Origin: the human T2T-CHM13v2.0 reference genome, Homo sapiens | Strand: one strand, 5' to 3' | Assembly: GCF_009914755.1 (NCBI RefSeq) | Contig: NC_060936.1 | DNA length: 64,000 nt | Shown here: one piece after another, positions 14,128-30,417 of the stretch | How the letters are laid out: the number at the start of each line of letters is the position of its first letter | Numbering within the stretch: position 1 is the stretch's first letter | Translations under genes and position numbers: made by a program | The notes under the pieces: generated by a model | Database searches by the model: none | What the model saw: only the letters and a program-made list of their open reading frames with translations | Told to the model about the DNA's origin: nothing

Positions 14128-15086
14128 TTATTATACTTTAAGTTCTGAGATACATGTGCAGAACGTGCAGGTTTGTTACATAGATATACATGCGCCATGG
14201 TGGTTTGCTGCACCCATCAACCCGTCATCTACATTTTAGGTATTTCTCCTAATGCTATCCCTCCCCTAACCCCCGACACCCTGACAGGCCCCAGTGTGTG
14301 ATGTTCCCCTCCTTGTGTCCATGTGTCCTCATTGTTCAACTCCCACTTATGAGTGAGAACATGCAGTGTTTGGTTTTCTGTTCCTGTGTTAGTTTGCTGA
14401 GAATGGTTTTCAGCTTCATCCATGGTGTATATGTGCCACATTTTCTTTATCCAGGCTATCATTGATGGGCATTTGGGTTAGTTCCAAGTCTTTGCTATCG
14501 TGAATAGTGCTGCAATAAACATATGTGTGCATGTGTCTTTATAGTAGAATGATTTATAATCCTTTAGGTACATACCCAGTAATGGGATTGCTGGGTCAAA
14601 TGGTATTTCTGATTCTAGATCCTTGAGGAATCGCCACACTGTCTTCCACAATGGTTGAACTAATTTACACTCCTGCCAACAGTGTAAAAGTGTTTATATT
14701 TCTCCGAAAAGCAATGACAACAAAAGCCAAAGTTGACAAATGGGATCTAATTAAACCAAAGAACTTCTGCACAGCTAAAGAAACTATCATCAGAGTGAGC
14801 AGGCAACCTACAGAATGGAAGAAAATTTTTGCAATCTATCCATCTGACAAAGGGCTAATATCTATAATCTACAAGAAACTTAAACAAATTTATGAGAAAA
14901 AAACAACCCCATCAAAAAGTGGGCGAAGGATATGAACAGACACATCTCAAAAGGACATTTATGCGGCCAACAAACATATGAAAAAAAGCTCATCATCACT
15001 GGTCATTAGAGAAATGCAAATCAAAAGCACAATGAGATATCATCTCATGCCAGTTAGAATGGTGATCATTAAAAAGTCAGGAAACA
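14128..15086 (-). mobile_element. L1PA (about L1PA7/8), 5'-truncated with 5' inversion
   Basis: Antisense 3' end 14128-14705 joined to sense ORF2 piece 14706-15086; degenerate TSD caaaat(cg/tt)gcatttt. Confidence 0.92.
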
Positions 15087-16678
15087 AAATTTGCATTTTA
15101 TTTTACCCTGTTGATGCTGTATAAATCCAGGTCTCAGCAGGAAACAGATGGAACACTCAAATTAGGATAATTCAAGAAGAGTATAATAAAGGGACTATTT
15201 GCAAAGGTGTGGGTATCGTGTAAGAAAAGCACAGGGACATTACAGCGCTGTGGGACTAGTAAATGAAGCTCTGTTTATCTCCCCCAGGTCTGAAAAAGGT
15301 TGGGGGAGGAGATAGCCATTGCCAGAGCTACCAGACTTGGTGGGGAGACACAGCCAGCTGTGGATGATTTCATAGGAAAGCCACTGGGGTAGTAATACTC
15401 TGACATCTCTCTCCCTTAGCTTTCCTGTCTTCTACAAGTGCCTTTCATTGGCAGAAGCCACACGGCAGGGGAGCCCATTGACAGAGTCCATTCCAGTCAG
15501 CCTCTAGAGTGGAGGGCAGGGTTGACAAGAGAGGAGAGAAGATACGGAGGGGAAGTGGATGTTATCCAGAAGAGTCCATCTCTTTGTCCTCTCAGTATAT
15601 GTGCTTATCTTTAAGTGAAAAGTTCCTGTTCCCTTCACAGAGGACACAGGAAGTCTCATCGCTATGGCTCTATGTTGGACAATTTTACTTTAATCATACT
15701 GCCTCTTCAAAGCAGTGGCAGGGGAATAAAGGAATAATGGAAGGCATAGCACCTGCAGTTCTTGATTCTGAAGCATAAGGTGTCTACTCTCACCATGACT
15801 CCACGTTCCCCTTACCTTCTCCAGCTCCTCAGCTGGATGTGGCTGGATGGCGGTGACCCAAACCTTCGTTCTGCAGAATCTCAGTGCCACCCCTGCCCCC
15901 ACCTTTTTGGATAGCTTCAGTGTTATTTGGTTCCAAGCATGGTCCTCAATGTTGTATCAGCAACCCAGCTGCTCCCTGGTAGTTGGGCTTACTCTGTAAG
16001 TCCTTTTCTCTGTGTTAGTTCAGTAGGATGATGAATCCAAACTACCTAGGGGCTGTCTTTGCTTCCAACTTAATGGAATTGTGGCTGTGTTTCCTGATAG
16101 AAGCATTTCTACATTAAACATGAGGACTTCCAAGGTCATGTGGTCAAGCTCAAGGTCATAGAGATGAGAAGCAAAAATTCTGTAAGTGGATAGTTAGTGA
16201 TTAGGGTTAGAGTTAGGATAAGAACACTGATACCTCTCCTTGTTCCTGGTCCTGTGCATTCTGGCTGAGGAGGAGATACGTTATACAAAATACTGTTTAT
16301 GTAAAATGCTTTTTGAATGCATATACTAAATTCTGTGGGACAGCAGCCCAACTTTGTAGAAGTTGTCTCCTCTCCTAGCTCCCACTGTAATTGAGCCTTT
16401 GCTCTAGACACTAACAAGACAGAGAGGCCTGATACAGTAAAGGTGTACTGTTATCCGCAGTAAGCAAATGGATCCCGATTTTCTTTACTGATGGGGCTGG
16501 AGGTGGGAGGTGAGGGCATGAGTACATTAGTCTGGTCAGTAGCTACATACCAGGCACCACACTCTGTGTTGATTGCTGCAATAAAAATATCACTTCTGGA
16601 GCCATAGTTGTGATTGGCAATATCACTTGGTTCAGTTTATGACTCTTGCTTAACGGTCTTCATGTCTTCAGACCATCT

Positions 16679-17030
16679 TGTATCAGTCAAGGTTCTCCAG
16701 AGAACCAGAATCAGTATATTGCCCAGATGAGCATTAAGCAAACTGGAGACCCAGGAGAGCCACCAGTGGTATATTTTCAGTTCATGTCCAAAGGCCTGAG
16801 CAGTAGGCGAGCCAATGGAATAAGGTCTAGCCTGAGTCTGAGTCCAAAGGCAGGAGAAAACTGATGCCCCAGCTCAAAGACAGTCAGGTGTAGAGAGTTA
16901 GTTCTTCATTATTCAGTCCCTTTGGTCTATTCAGTGTTTCAGTGGGTTAAAGAAGGCCTGTAGAGGACAAACTGCTTTACTCGGTCTACCCATTCCAATG
17001 TTAGTCTCATCCAGAAAAACTCTCTCTCTG

Positions 17031-17064
<34 letters not shown>

Positions 17065-17138
17065 TCAGAATGACGTTTAACCAAATATATGGACACCCCA
17101 TGGCCCAGTCAGGTTGACACATAAAATTAACCAGCACA
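16679..17138 (-). mobile_element. MLT2B-type ERVL solo LTR nested in the provirus
   Basis: tgtatcagtcaaggttctccagagaa...acataaaattaaccagcaca; 5-bp TSD catct on both sides. Confidence 0.88.
17020..17064 (+). repeat. Compound (CT)n(CA)n microsatellite
   Basis: Seen directly, inside the MLT2 LTR. Confidence 0.95.
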
Positions 17139-18218
17139 CATCTGTCTGACTGTTGCTGAATTAAATGAAGATAACATAGGAATTATGCCTACATTCTTTG
17201 AGTCCTGGATAGTAGCACCAAGCTCTGCAATTCCTCCAGGTGTGTGGCTTTGTTCTTAGTTTATTCTACAGGGAGGGGCAGTTTTAGGAGTGTCATTTTG
17301 CACTCTTTCATTGCCCTCATGCAATGAATCAGTAAACCAATGTAGTGTTTTGCCAGTTGATAAATATATCTGCTTCTACTATACAATATGGTACTGGGGA
17401 AATAACATCAGGATGGATCTCTGGTGCCGTTGGACCCACTCTGAGATGGACTCAGGCCAAGACTCTGTCACCTGTCTCCACAAGCCTCCCATTTGAATGG
17501 TGTACCACAGCAATATTTCAGAGAGCAACTTAAGTCTAGACCCACAGCTAACCTGGGGAAAGCCTGAGCCTTTCTTTCTTCAGTGCACAGTCACCCTGGA
17601 AACAGCCATAGGATGCTATGTGGGAGGCTTGAAGGGCGAGTCACAGCATGCACCTGAGGCAGCATTGTTGGGTCCCTCTCAAAGACACCCAGCCACTTTC
17701 TCTATTGAGAGGCTCTAGGTCAGTGGAACTTGGTGAGAGGCTAAAATCCTTACTATGGTGACTGCATTAGGTCCCAGCCCACGAGAGTAGAATTTTGTCT
17801 CTTCTATATGCCAAGTAGCACCTTAGTAGGTGGTCCATCTATTTTTGTTTCTATTTCTGAGATTATTTAGTCACCACCACAGATCCCTGTGGAATAAGAT
17901 TTTGATTACCACTCATCCCTGTGGTTTGTTTCATTTACCTTATTTCTGATAGTTAAATGCCGCCAACCAGTTGGTCTCCCTTACTCTTGGGTTCCTTTAT
18001 CTCCATTGATAACAAAGACACTGATTCCATTTCAGCCACCCCCATCCCATTTTCCAGGCTGCAGAAGAAAGCCACCACACCCAGGGCAGCCACCACAAGC
18101 TTTCCAAGAATACTCCTCCTCCCCCTTGTGGGAGTTGTGGTTAGAGAATGGCTGTTGCTCATCCTAGGTCCACTTCACCACTCCCATTTCTGAGACTTCA
18201 GATTTCTTCCTCTCCAGC

Positions 18219-18422
18219 AGGGATCAGCTCAGGACCAGATCATAAATATTTTAGGCTTTGTGAGCCAAGAGGCAAAATTCAACAGGTATTCTTGCCAAAG
18301 GCTGATAGTTTTGTTTGTTTGTTTAACATTTAAAAATTGTAAAAACCATTCTTACCTTTCAGGCCATACAGAAACAGACAGCAGGCCAGATGTGGCCCAC
18401 AGTCTGTAGTTTGCCAACCCCC
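18219..18422. mobile_element. MER58 (hAT-Charlie) element
   Basis: gaccagatcataaatattttaggctttgtg...ggccagatgtggcccacagtctgtagtttgccaacccc. Confidence 0.8.
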
Positions 18423-21029
18423 TTCTCCACAGGATGCCACAGAAGTTCAGTTGAACCACATAAACACAGACTACCCTTGAGTCCAGGCTTTAATTGTCCA
18501 ATTAGGTAGATTACTGATGCCACTCCCTGGTACTCAACCTGAAACACTGAATCCTAAATCCGGGGTGAGTATATCCCATGAGTGAATTTAATGAGATCAA
18601 GCCTTATGTTTTGTCCTCATTGATCCAATGCCTTTCGAAACTCATACCTTCTCTCCTGGCTCCTGCCAATATAGACTGGTGTGAGGTTCTATAAATCTTA
18701 TGAAAGATTTCTTATGTAAGGGATGTAGGCTGTCTCATATTTCTCCCTCTGAGCTGTGCTTGGACCTGAGTCTTAGATCAAGAGGCAGTGAGAGGTGATA
18801 GGAATGAGTCCTGAGGGAATGACCAGCAGGTTATTATGCATGGAAAAGCTGTTCTTCTTAGACAGGGAGGACAAATCTGTCCCCATGGGCAAGAAGATTT
18901 TGTGGGTTCGAAGTTTTCATATTTGTCCGTGTCTGCCCAAATGATCGCAATCCAGTTATCAGGGTCACATTCCCTTGATATGAGACCCCTCGTATGAGCT
19001 GATCATGTACTTGGTGCTGCAGCTCTGCAACTTTTGTTAGGCTCTGAGCTTTGTCCTCAGCCATATCTGCCGTGGGACTCTGGAAAATGAGGGGTTGCTG
19101 CAGTTATACCATCTGAATAGCTACAGGGACTTTCTGATTTTTTCTATGCGTGCTCTCAATTGTACATTCAGAGATTTCAGTTTCTCATTTTCCTTTTGTA
19201 CACCTTCTAAGGCTGTGAGAAGAAGCCAAGAGACTCAACAGTCTTTATAGTCACTGCTGTAACCATAGCAATTAAGTGCCTCTGCCACTGACCTCCCAGC
19301 ATCCCTTCCACCTGCATTTCATCTCCTGCCACTGCTAGAGACAACTTGAATAACTGATGTCACCACTTGTCCTGGATTATTTGTTTTCTGTTTTTTCCTG
19401 GCAAAGTGGTTCTACCTGTGTTTCTCAACAACATGATCAATCTAATCCTGGAATCCCACTTCAGGATCTCAATAGAAAACAGAATGCTCAAATTGGGATA
19501 GTTGAGGAAAAATTCATGAAGGGTTATAGAGGCCTAACCCAGTGATGATGAGAAGCAGTTACTGGGACTTGGAGACAGGCATAACTGTGGAAAGGGTTGC
19601 TGGAAAGAAGCTGGGATCCTAAGTTAAGCAACACAGTCATCACTTTTGACATTTTCCTCTAATATTTTGTGCAGTTATGCAGCAAATTCTATTTCAAAGG
19701 TAAACCTTATTTAAAACCCCATAGCATCATATGACTCCTATTTTTAAAAGTCTGCAAAATAATTACATCCCTTTCTTTAGTTATCCTTATCATATTCTAC
19801 AGCTGATGGAATTCAGTTAAGCAGCATTGGTTGTCTATTCAAAACTAAATTAATATAGTGAGGATTTATTTTAAGTTTTCATTATTTTTTTTTACATCAT
19901 AGCCCTTGAAACATGACAGTTTGTCATTCCATGTATTTGCAGGATTTTTTTTTAAGAAAACCATCCTGATTCTCTATTTTCTTACTTTCAAATACCATCA
20001 CAGTATAATTTATTTTAATCCCTTATCCTGTGGGTCACTTTTATCTGATGATTGCTTTCATTTAAATTTTAATTGGGGTTTGCAAACTCTTTTTATGGAC
20101 TGGAGGACAATAAGTAAACTTTTGTAGTATGGCAGGGTGATCTATAGTCCAGGAAATCAATATCTAGGCTTCTATATGCAGGAGCTGTTCAAGGCAGGAA
20201 CTATTTTCTTATTTATTTTTGAAGTCACATTAGAGTTCCAAATGTATAATTATACAGGATTCCATAAGTTAATAGTATAGGCTTATTGGTTTTAAAGAAG
20301 TCTTCTTCTTCACAGTGATATTTTTTCAGGTATTATTGAGATGTGTCCTTATTTATCTGGAGAATAGATATACTTATTCTCTGCCTTCATTTCGTTATTG
20401 CTACCTAGTGGTAGGAGATGACAAAAAACCTCATCTAATAGGTGTCACTTATACCTCTTAACATCACTATTTCCAAATATTAATTGTTCCTTGGAAATCC
20501 TTTTACTAGGGCTGTTCTTGATGGTCTGTCTGCATTCATCACTTTGTGATTACTGAGTTTTCATATCACCTTAAATCTTTGATGAGCTGTTCCTCAAAGA
20601 AAGAAGGTCATTTATCATGTCTGTTTTACTGAAAGAAGGACAAGATGAGACAAAGAGGTATTACATAATTCAGTGTGCCTATGAAGCTTTCTAGGCCGTA
20701 TTCCAAAATAGATAGCAGTTTCTTCAATCAAACTCTGTATAAGATAAATGAGATATTGTTTGGTAAGAACCCCCCACCCCACTTTGTGCCAAACTTGTTG
20801 GCACCCTGCAGTTTACAGCATGAAAGTCAGCTTCTCTGCACAGTGATTTTTAAGACTGCTAAAGGCAATCAGCTGTTCTTAGAGCTGTGCCCCAATGCAC
20901 TTTATATGCCCTTCTGTTATAGCACTGAGCACCTGGTGGTTTGTAACCTTTTACAAGTCTTTTTCCTTCTGTAGACTGAATGCCCTGACAGCAAGGACTG
21001 TTAATTATTCACCATTCTGCATACACTCT

Positions 21030-21366
21030 GATTGGGTGGCTTACAAACAACAGAAATTTATCTCTTGCAGTTTTGGAGGCTGGGAGGTCCAATATCCAAG
21101 CACTGACAGATTTGGTGTCTGGTGAGGGCCAGCTTCCTGGTTCATACATAGCCATCTTCTCACTGCATTCTCACATGGTGCAAAGGATGAGGGAGCTCTC
21201 TGGAGTCTCTTTTATAAGAGCACTAATTCCATTCTTGGTTTGGGGTGGGGGCTCTGCACTCATGACCTAATCACCTCCCAAAGGTCCTACCTCCTAATGT
21301 CATCACATTGAGGATTAAACTTTCAACATATGAATTTTGGAGGGTCATAAACATTTAGTTTATAAA
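21030..21366 (-). mobile_element. MLT1A-type MaLR LTR
   Basis: gggtggcttacaaacaacagaaatttat...catgacctaatcacctcccaaagg...tttcaacatatgaattttgg. Confidence 0.85.
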
Positions 21367-22254
21367 AAAGGGCTGCTTGGTGTATCATGGCCACTGAATA
21401 AATTTTGAGTAGCAATCTTACCTGGTATGCCATTGCATTTATATATGATTGCCACTAATAACTCAAATTACTGAATTTATGTTGTATCGATGATGCTGTT
21501 TTCCTAGTCTTAGTATTAGTAGCCAAATGGCCTTGGATTAACTTTCTCAATATTATTCATTCATTCATTCATTCAACATTTATTGAATACCTTACTAAAT
21601 GGCAAGCTCTGAATTAAGCTTTGAGAATCCAAGAAGACTAAGACTTTGTTCCCACCTTTCCCTTCAGCTTCCCTTTCCTAAGATAGACATAATAAAACAA
21701 TTGCATCACAACATGATGGATCCTGTCATAGTCAGAGTGGAAATAGAAGGAGATTGAGTGGGACAGGGGAGTTGAAAGATGCCCAGCAGCCCCCAGGGAG
21801 AGTGAAAACGTGATCTCAAGATCAGCTTTATTTTCTGACCAATTCTCATATACCAAGTGTGGTCAGGAACATATATTTATGTGTCTAGGTAGCCAGTTGC
21901 ATTTCATTTTATGAAGCTAAGTGATTATGATGATTAGCTATGGGATTAACATACGTTTTCAGCTAAGCAAGTCATTAAAAACAAATGCAAGTACAATTAT
22001 CTCCTCCTTTAGCTTCAGTAAATTAACATGTTATAGTAAGAACCTTGTTCATTTGTATGATGCTAGGAAAAAGCCACACAAATGACCTGCTTTTTACTTT
22101 ATATTTCGGCAGCTATAATTTTGTAAAAATGGGACATGTTGGCCATCTGAAAAGCACTTAGTTGTATAACTTCTACAAGTCATTGAAAGTAATTATCACA
22201 TCATAATCCAATGTTTTCCTGAGGTTCCCATGGGAAGTAAAGTATATTCTATCC

Positions 22255-24725
<2,471 letters not shown>

Positions 24726-25413
24726 AAACCCGGGGTACACCATCCAGACAGGAAGCCATGAAGAGAAAGGGTAGGTGATTTCACGCAGGAATGTTCTATG
24801 AGCCAGGGCAGCATACATCACTTCTGACCAGAACTCAGACACGTACTACAAGGGAGCCTAGAAATGTCGTCTAGCTGTGTGTCCAGAGGAAAAGAAGGAA
24901 CTGGGTTTGGTGAATAACTAACCACAATGATGATAAACTTTTAAAAATTAATCACATTATCTATAACTGCCCCTAAACTGCTTCAAAATTTTCACAACAG
25001 CCTCATTCACCCAATTTCCTATTGACAAATATTTATTGTTCTCCTGTAATGTGTCAGAGACATTGAGCCAGAGTGGAGACAGTAGACGTGGTAAAAAGTT
25101 GATCAGATTACTGATATATTTTAAAGGTAAAGTCAATAGGATTTGCTGATGGACTGAATCTGGGATATAAGAGCAACAGAGGATTCAAGAATGACTTTCA
25201 GATTTTGGGCATGAGCAACTGGGAGGATAAAGGATGCCATTTATTGAAATCAGAGCACTGAGGTAGAGAGGTCATTTTGTGGGTTGGGGGGTGGGGATAA
25301 CTTAACAGTTTGCTCTGGCCATGTCAAGTTTGAAATACCTCTTAGACATCCTAGTGGAGATGCCAAAGAGTCAGTTGAATAAACAAATCTTAATTTTTAA
25401 ACAAAGTACAACC

Positions 25414-25591
25414 AGAGCCAGCTTCATGAGTGGGCAACCCATGCAGTCCCACAGGGCTCTCCTACATGGAAAGGTCCCATACTTGATGTAATGGTTTACT
25501 GTTGCAGTCTTGAAATTTTTAATAAATTACTTAGTAAGTGCTCCGTATTTTTATTTTTCGCCAGGCCCTACAAATTATGTAGCTTGTCCTG
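25414..25591. mobile_element. MER91-like hAT element
   Basis: agagccagcttcatgagtgggcaacc...ggccctacaaattatgtagcttgtcctg. Confidence 0.65.
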
Positions 25592-26107
25592 GGAGGAATT
25601 CTTTTTGAGGCAGTGGAAACTTGTAAGTGTGGGGTTCTGAAGGCAAGGAAAAGAAAACCTTTTGAGAAGAAAGAGATTGTGAGAGATCAAGGAATATAAA
25701 GACCAAAAAAAAAAAAAAAAACAGTGGGAATTATCAAGATGGAATTGCTAGTGATGTCGACAAGAGCCATGTCCAAGGGTGGAGTGGGGGAGGATAAAAA
25801 TCCTGTTGGAATGAGCTGAAAAGAGGAGAGCTGCCTATGGCCACAGTTTCCCCCTGCAGGGAGCAGGGAAATGGGATGATAGCTGGAAGGTTGTGCTGAG
25901 TCAAAGCATGTTTTTGAAAAATGAGAGAAATTAAAAATGTTTGTCTGCTGATGTGAGGGATTCAGGAGAGAGGGAGAAACTGATGATGCAGTGGAGAAAG
26001 GGAAGAATTACAGGGAAAGTACGTAAGTCAAGGACAATGGAGGACATGTGGAGGAGTTGGCTGTAAGAATAGACATGTGATTCCATTTCAAAAGCAGAGA
26101 AGGCAGA

Positions 26108-26866
26108 TTTCTCAAGACCATGTATTGAAGAGACTATCCTTTCTCCACATATGTTCTTGGAACCTTTGTTGGAAATCAGTTGACCATAAATGCATGGGTT
26201 TATCACTGGATTTTCTATTCCCTTCCATTGGTTGATGTGCCTGTTTTTATGCCAGTACCATACTATTTTGATTACTTTAGCTATGTAATATGTTTTGAAA
26301 TCAAATAATGTGATGCTTCTAGCTTTGTTCTTTTTGCGCAAGATTGCCTTGGTTGTTCGGGATCTAAAAAAGTAAGAAATTTTGTCATTTGTGACAAAAT
26401 GGATGAACCTGGAGGATATTATGCTAAATGAAATAAGCCAGGTACTGAAAGACAAATACTGCATGATCTCACTTATATGTGGAATATTAAAAAATAAAAC
26501 TCATAGAAGCAGAGAGTAGAATGATGATTGCCAGGGGCTGAGGGTAGGGGACGGATAAAGGAGAGCTGTTGTTCAACGGGCACAAAGTTTTGGTGAGACA
26601 GGAAGGCTAAGTTCTGGAGATCTATTGTACAGCATGATGACTATAGTTAATAATAATATATGGTATATTTGAAAATTGCCAAGAGATTAGATTTTAAATG
26701 TTCTAATCACAAAAAAAGATAAGTGTATGAGGTGCTGGATATACTAATTAGCTTGATTTAATCATTCTATAATATATGATATTATATATATATATCAAAT
26801 CATCACATTTTATAGCATAAATATATATAATTTTTATTTTCCAAATATACCTTAATTTTTAAGAAA
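26108..26866 (+). mobile_element. L1MA (about L1MA8/9) 3' end with inverted 5' segment
   Basis: Antisense ORF2 piece 26108-26365 ([15 protein letters not shown]...[12 protein letters not shown]), then sense 3' end; TSD cagagaa(g/a)gcaga at 26095-26107 and 26867-26879. Confidence 0.88.
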
Positions 26867-29714
26867 CAGAGAAAGCAGAGTCTATGGGTTCCAGAAGGTT
26901 GGCAATTTGGGGTTGGTTCTAGACCACGTGCTTTTTTTTTTTTCTTAATGGAATATGAGGTGAGGTCAGCAGCTGAGGTGGTGGGAGGAGTCATGAGTTT
27001 GGTAAGAGTAACTTCAGAGAACTGAAAGGTTAATTTACTAGAAGATGGTAAGATTGCTGGGCAATCCTGTGCTGAGTTGCCATTTGAGATTTTGTGAATA
27101 TCCATTTGCTGTCAACATCGTCGAGTGATTTTTTTTCTCCAGCATCTTTCAGCTGCTCAGGTGCAAGTACAGAGTAGAGGGATAGTTGAGTTTAGACATG
27201 ATTGGTTCTGTTATGGCTCTTATTTTACAGATGAAGGGACTAGGGTTCAGAGAAGAAAGTAACTTGCTAGTAATGGACAGAGTTTGCACATAAATCTTCT
27301 CTGACCCTCGACTCCAGGCTCTTAAGCAGTATGTCATATTTCAGAGCTGTTCTTAATATCATGGAATAAAAAGTGTAGATTCTGCAAACTTCTATCCCTT
27401 CCCCTAGTGGCGAGCAGGTGAATAAGCAATACTGTAATTTGTATCTCAACTTTTTTTTTCCTACTAGCATTATCTAAAAAGGGTATCTCAGCTAGTTACC
27501 AAATCCCAGCCTTGGGAATCACAAAGCAATATTGTGCATTGAAGATATGCTCATGGGATAGAAAAAGTATCACTGAGTTTGATCACCATCTCTCCTGCCT
27601 GCTGGCCATGTGACTTGCAGCATGGTTGTAAGAATCTGTTCAGCATTAACTGAGCACCTATGGTATGCCAAGCAGTAAGGAAGATACTGAGAAGATATTG
27701 ATGAAACTGAATTTTGTCCTCCTAAGAATTATAGTCCAGGGAATTCAGTGAGATAGTATATGCACAATGTTGTGTCCAACACAGGGTGGGCACTTAATAG
27801 GTGTTAATTCTCTTTGCCTTCTCTATCCATTTGTCCTCAAGTACCTGATGACACCTCTTGGTGAAAATATCAACACTCACTGAGATACTAAATGAGGGCC
27901 CCACTCATGTGTAAATATCCAATGATGTTAATATTTAAAAATTAGTTCCCATCCACTGAATCAGAATCTCAGCAACTTTGAGTGAAGGCAGGACCCTTAA
28001 CTGAGTTGAGTCTTCCTCTACCCATAAAAATATACTGTATATAACTTTTTCCTGAAGCTATTGGAATGAATACAAGTTAGCATGATTGTCTACTGGCAAT
28101 ACTAGAATAATCTCCCTAAGGCGTGCTGTTTTCTGGCTGGAAGTTATTTTATTCTGTTGAAATGTATTTTTTTAAATGAAAGGGGCATTTCCTTTTCCTA
28201 TATTATTTGCTTTCAAAAAGCGAAGAGAATTCTTTAAACATGGCAAATTAACCACTGGTGAATCTTAAATTTTACCTTCTCAATGATGCATGTTCTGATT
28301 CACCAGTCAATATTTATTTCTAAGCCTTCAGATCTCAAAAAGGTCTATATGGTACCTGAGTTAGTGCATCTCAAGTAACCAACCCCTGGGAAGGTGTTTT
28401 ATTTCTGTAACACAAATGAGGCAGGATTTTATGCCCCTGGAGGGGAGATGTTTGTCTTTTATCTCTATATTGGGGTACCTAATACAGGAAAGAGTGTTAA
28501 ATGAATAAAGGAATGGACCCACAGTGGGGAAAAGGAGCTTGCTTGATATCAGTGTGTTTGAATTTATTACCATGAATCTCACTTTCTAAAATTGCTAGCA
28601 CTATTAAAGTTTCTGACAGTGAAGCAAGCCATTGGAACATGTTTGTGGTGTGAATATTAGGTGTATTATTATGCACTCAATTTAGCTTTTTTATTTTATA
28701 TAATTTCTCTCCAAGTGGAAATCATGTTCTAGGTAAAGGAACAAGAAATTAAGCAGTGTGGAGGTTTGATTCAACTTCCACTAATGGAGAAGATGACTTT
28801 GGATAACTATTGGCTCCAGTTTCATTTGGGGATTAGGGATTGGATTAGAATTTGTAAATCTAATTGTTGTTTCTCTGTAAAATTGGGAGACCCTCAGGGT
28901 TGAGAGCAGATCTTCCTCTTTTGCATCTATTTCAGCACCTAGCCCAGTGCATTGTAAATGCTTAATAAATACTAGATGAATTAAAAGTGAAGTATTCTAT
29001 TTATTCTTTAGAGAAAGATACACAGACGTTTTTGCCAACCAGCAGAAATGAAGGCAGCAACCACTTCTAGTTTATCTTGTATTCCTAGCATCAGGCAAAA
29101 TGATAGGGACATGGTAGGCATCCAACAACTGTTAATTGGCTCCTCCAATCACCCTTTTTTGTCATCCTTCCACAGGAATTTATTGAATGCCTTCTAAGTG
29201 TCAGAAACTTGGTTTATATTAATGAAAGAACACATTCCAGAGGAGTAGTTTTATTTGTATAGGCAATTACAAAGTAATGGGATACAGGTTATAATAGAAG
29301 TATGTAAAATTTCACTGAAGTTCACAGGGAGGAGAACCTCATCTGCTCGGGAGTTGGGGAAGACACTCCAGGATGATGAGGGTTGAGCTATTGAAAGAGG
29401 AATGGGATTTGTTAAAGTGGACCAGGGTTTGAGGGTATTAGAACACACTCCAGTTAGAGAAGATGGCACACACATGTTCTTGGAGCTGTGATATAGCACA
29501 GTACACATTGTAGGGGTAGTTTAGCATGGCTATAGGAAGAAGTGGGTAACATAGGGGAAGGAGGTATGGACAGAATTGAGAAACAGGGATGATTCTGGGA
29601 GGTTATTAGAGGTCAGAGTTTGAAGAACATCTCAAAACAGGAAATACTGACTGGTATCTGAGCTTCTCTAGAAGGCTGAAGTTAAATTCTATAGGTCATG
29701 TCTCAGTAATAGCA

Positions 29715-29935
29715 ATGGTAGTAATAGCAATGGCTAATATTTATTGAGCATTTGTTAGAGACAGGTGCCTTTCTAAGCATTTCATCTTCTTAATAACTTA
29801 TAAGGTAGATATTGTCTTTATCCTCATTTGACAGATGAGGAGATTGAAGCGTAGAGGTGCCTCATTCAAGGTCACCGAGCAAGTCCAGACTTTAACTCAG
29901 AGGGTCTGGCTGCAGAATCTGTTCTTAATCACTAT
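29715..29935 (-). mobile_element. MIR SINE
   Basis: gctaatatttattgagca...cctcatttgacagatgaggagattgaagc. Confidence 0.75.
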
Positions 29936-30417
29936 ATTATATTACAACGCAGAAAATATAGTGTTGTAATGCTCCAAAGTTAATTTATACAATAATACAA
30001 TCACAAGGATTAGAACTTCATTCTCACTTTAAATCCAAACAGCAGCATGAATCACTGCTTCTGTCTTTCATATGTTTTTTAATGGCTTGATCATTGTCTT
30101 CCTGATGATTTGATTATGTGAGGAGGGCAAGTTAAGGTCACTGCCACTAGGTGCTCACTGTTGTTGCCCATATGCAAGACCTCAGTAAAAGATGTCTATA
30201 TGGCGAATGTAACTTTTAGCCAGGTCTTTGCGCTATGAGAGTATTTAGTCTGTCTGATCTTTGAAGATATCTATGCATGGACCATTGGCTCTAAAATCCC
30301 CCTCTTTGTATCCCCACAACAATGCATATTTTCATCTAGTGTACTCTTAAAAGGGGCCAGATTTTGTGAACATAGATGCCTGTCCTTCAGAGTTTATTTA
30401 TAGAATATGCTCCAAGC

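Larger units (their letters stand above)
15118..19640 (-). mobile_element. Decayed ERVL-class provirus: 3' LTR 15118-15573, internal gag/pro/pol remnants, partial 5' LTR from about 19460
   Basis: Two similar LTR starts; polypurine tract gaggacaaagagatggac on the minus strand next to the LTR; Gag-like AEDKAQSLTKVAELQHQV, protease-like VHLRVGPTAPEIHPDVISPVP, integrase-like KAQLQWELG. Confidence 0.8.
25010..27200 (-). mobile_element. L2 fragments interrupted by MER91-like and L1MA elements
   Basis: ggatttgctgatggactgaat...gagcaactgggaggat...tttgaaatacctcttagacatcctagtggagatg. Confidence 0.65.

Noticed and set aside
25931-26464. 177-aa ORF with L1 ORF2-like [12 protein letters not shown]
   Set aside because: Chimeric read-through of L2 and an inverted L1MA fragment, not a gene.
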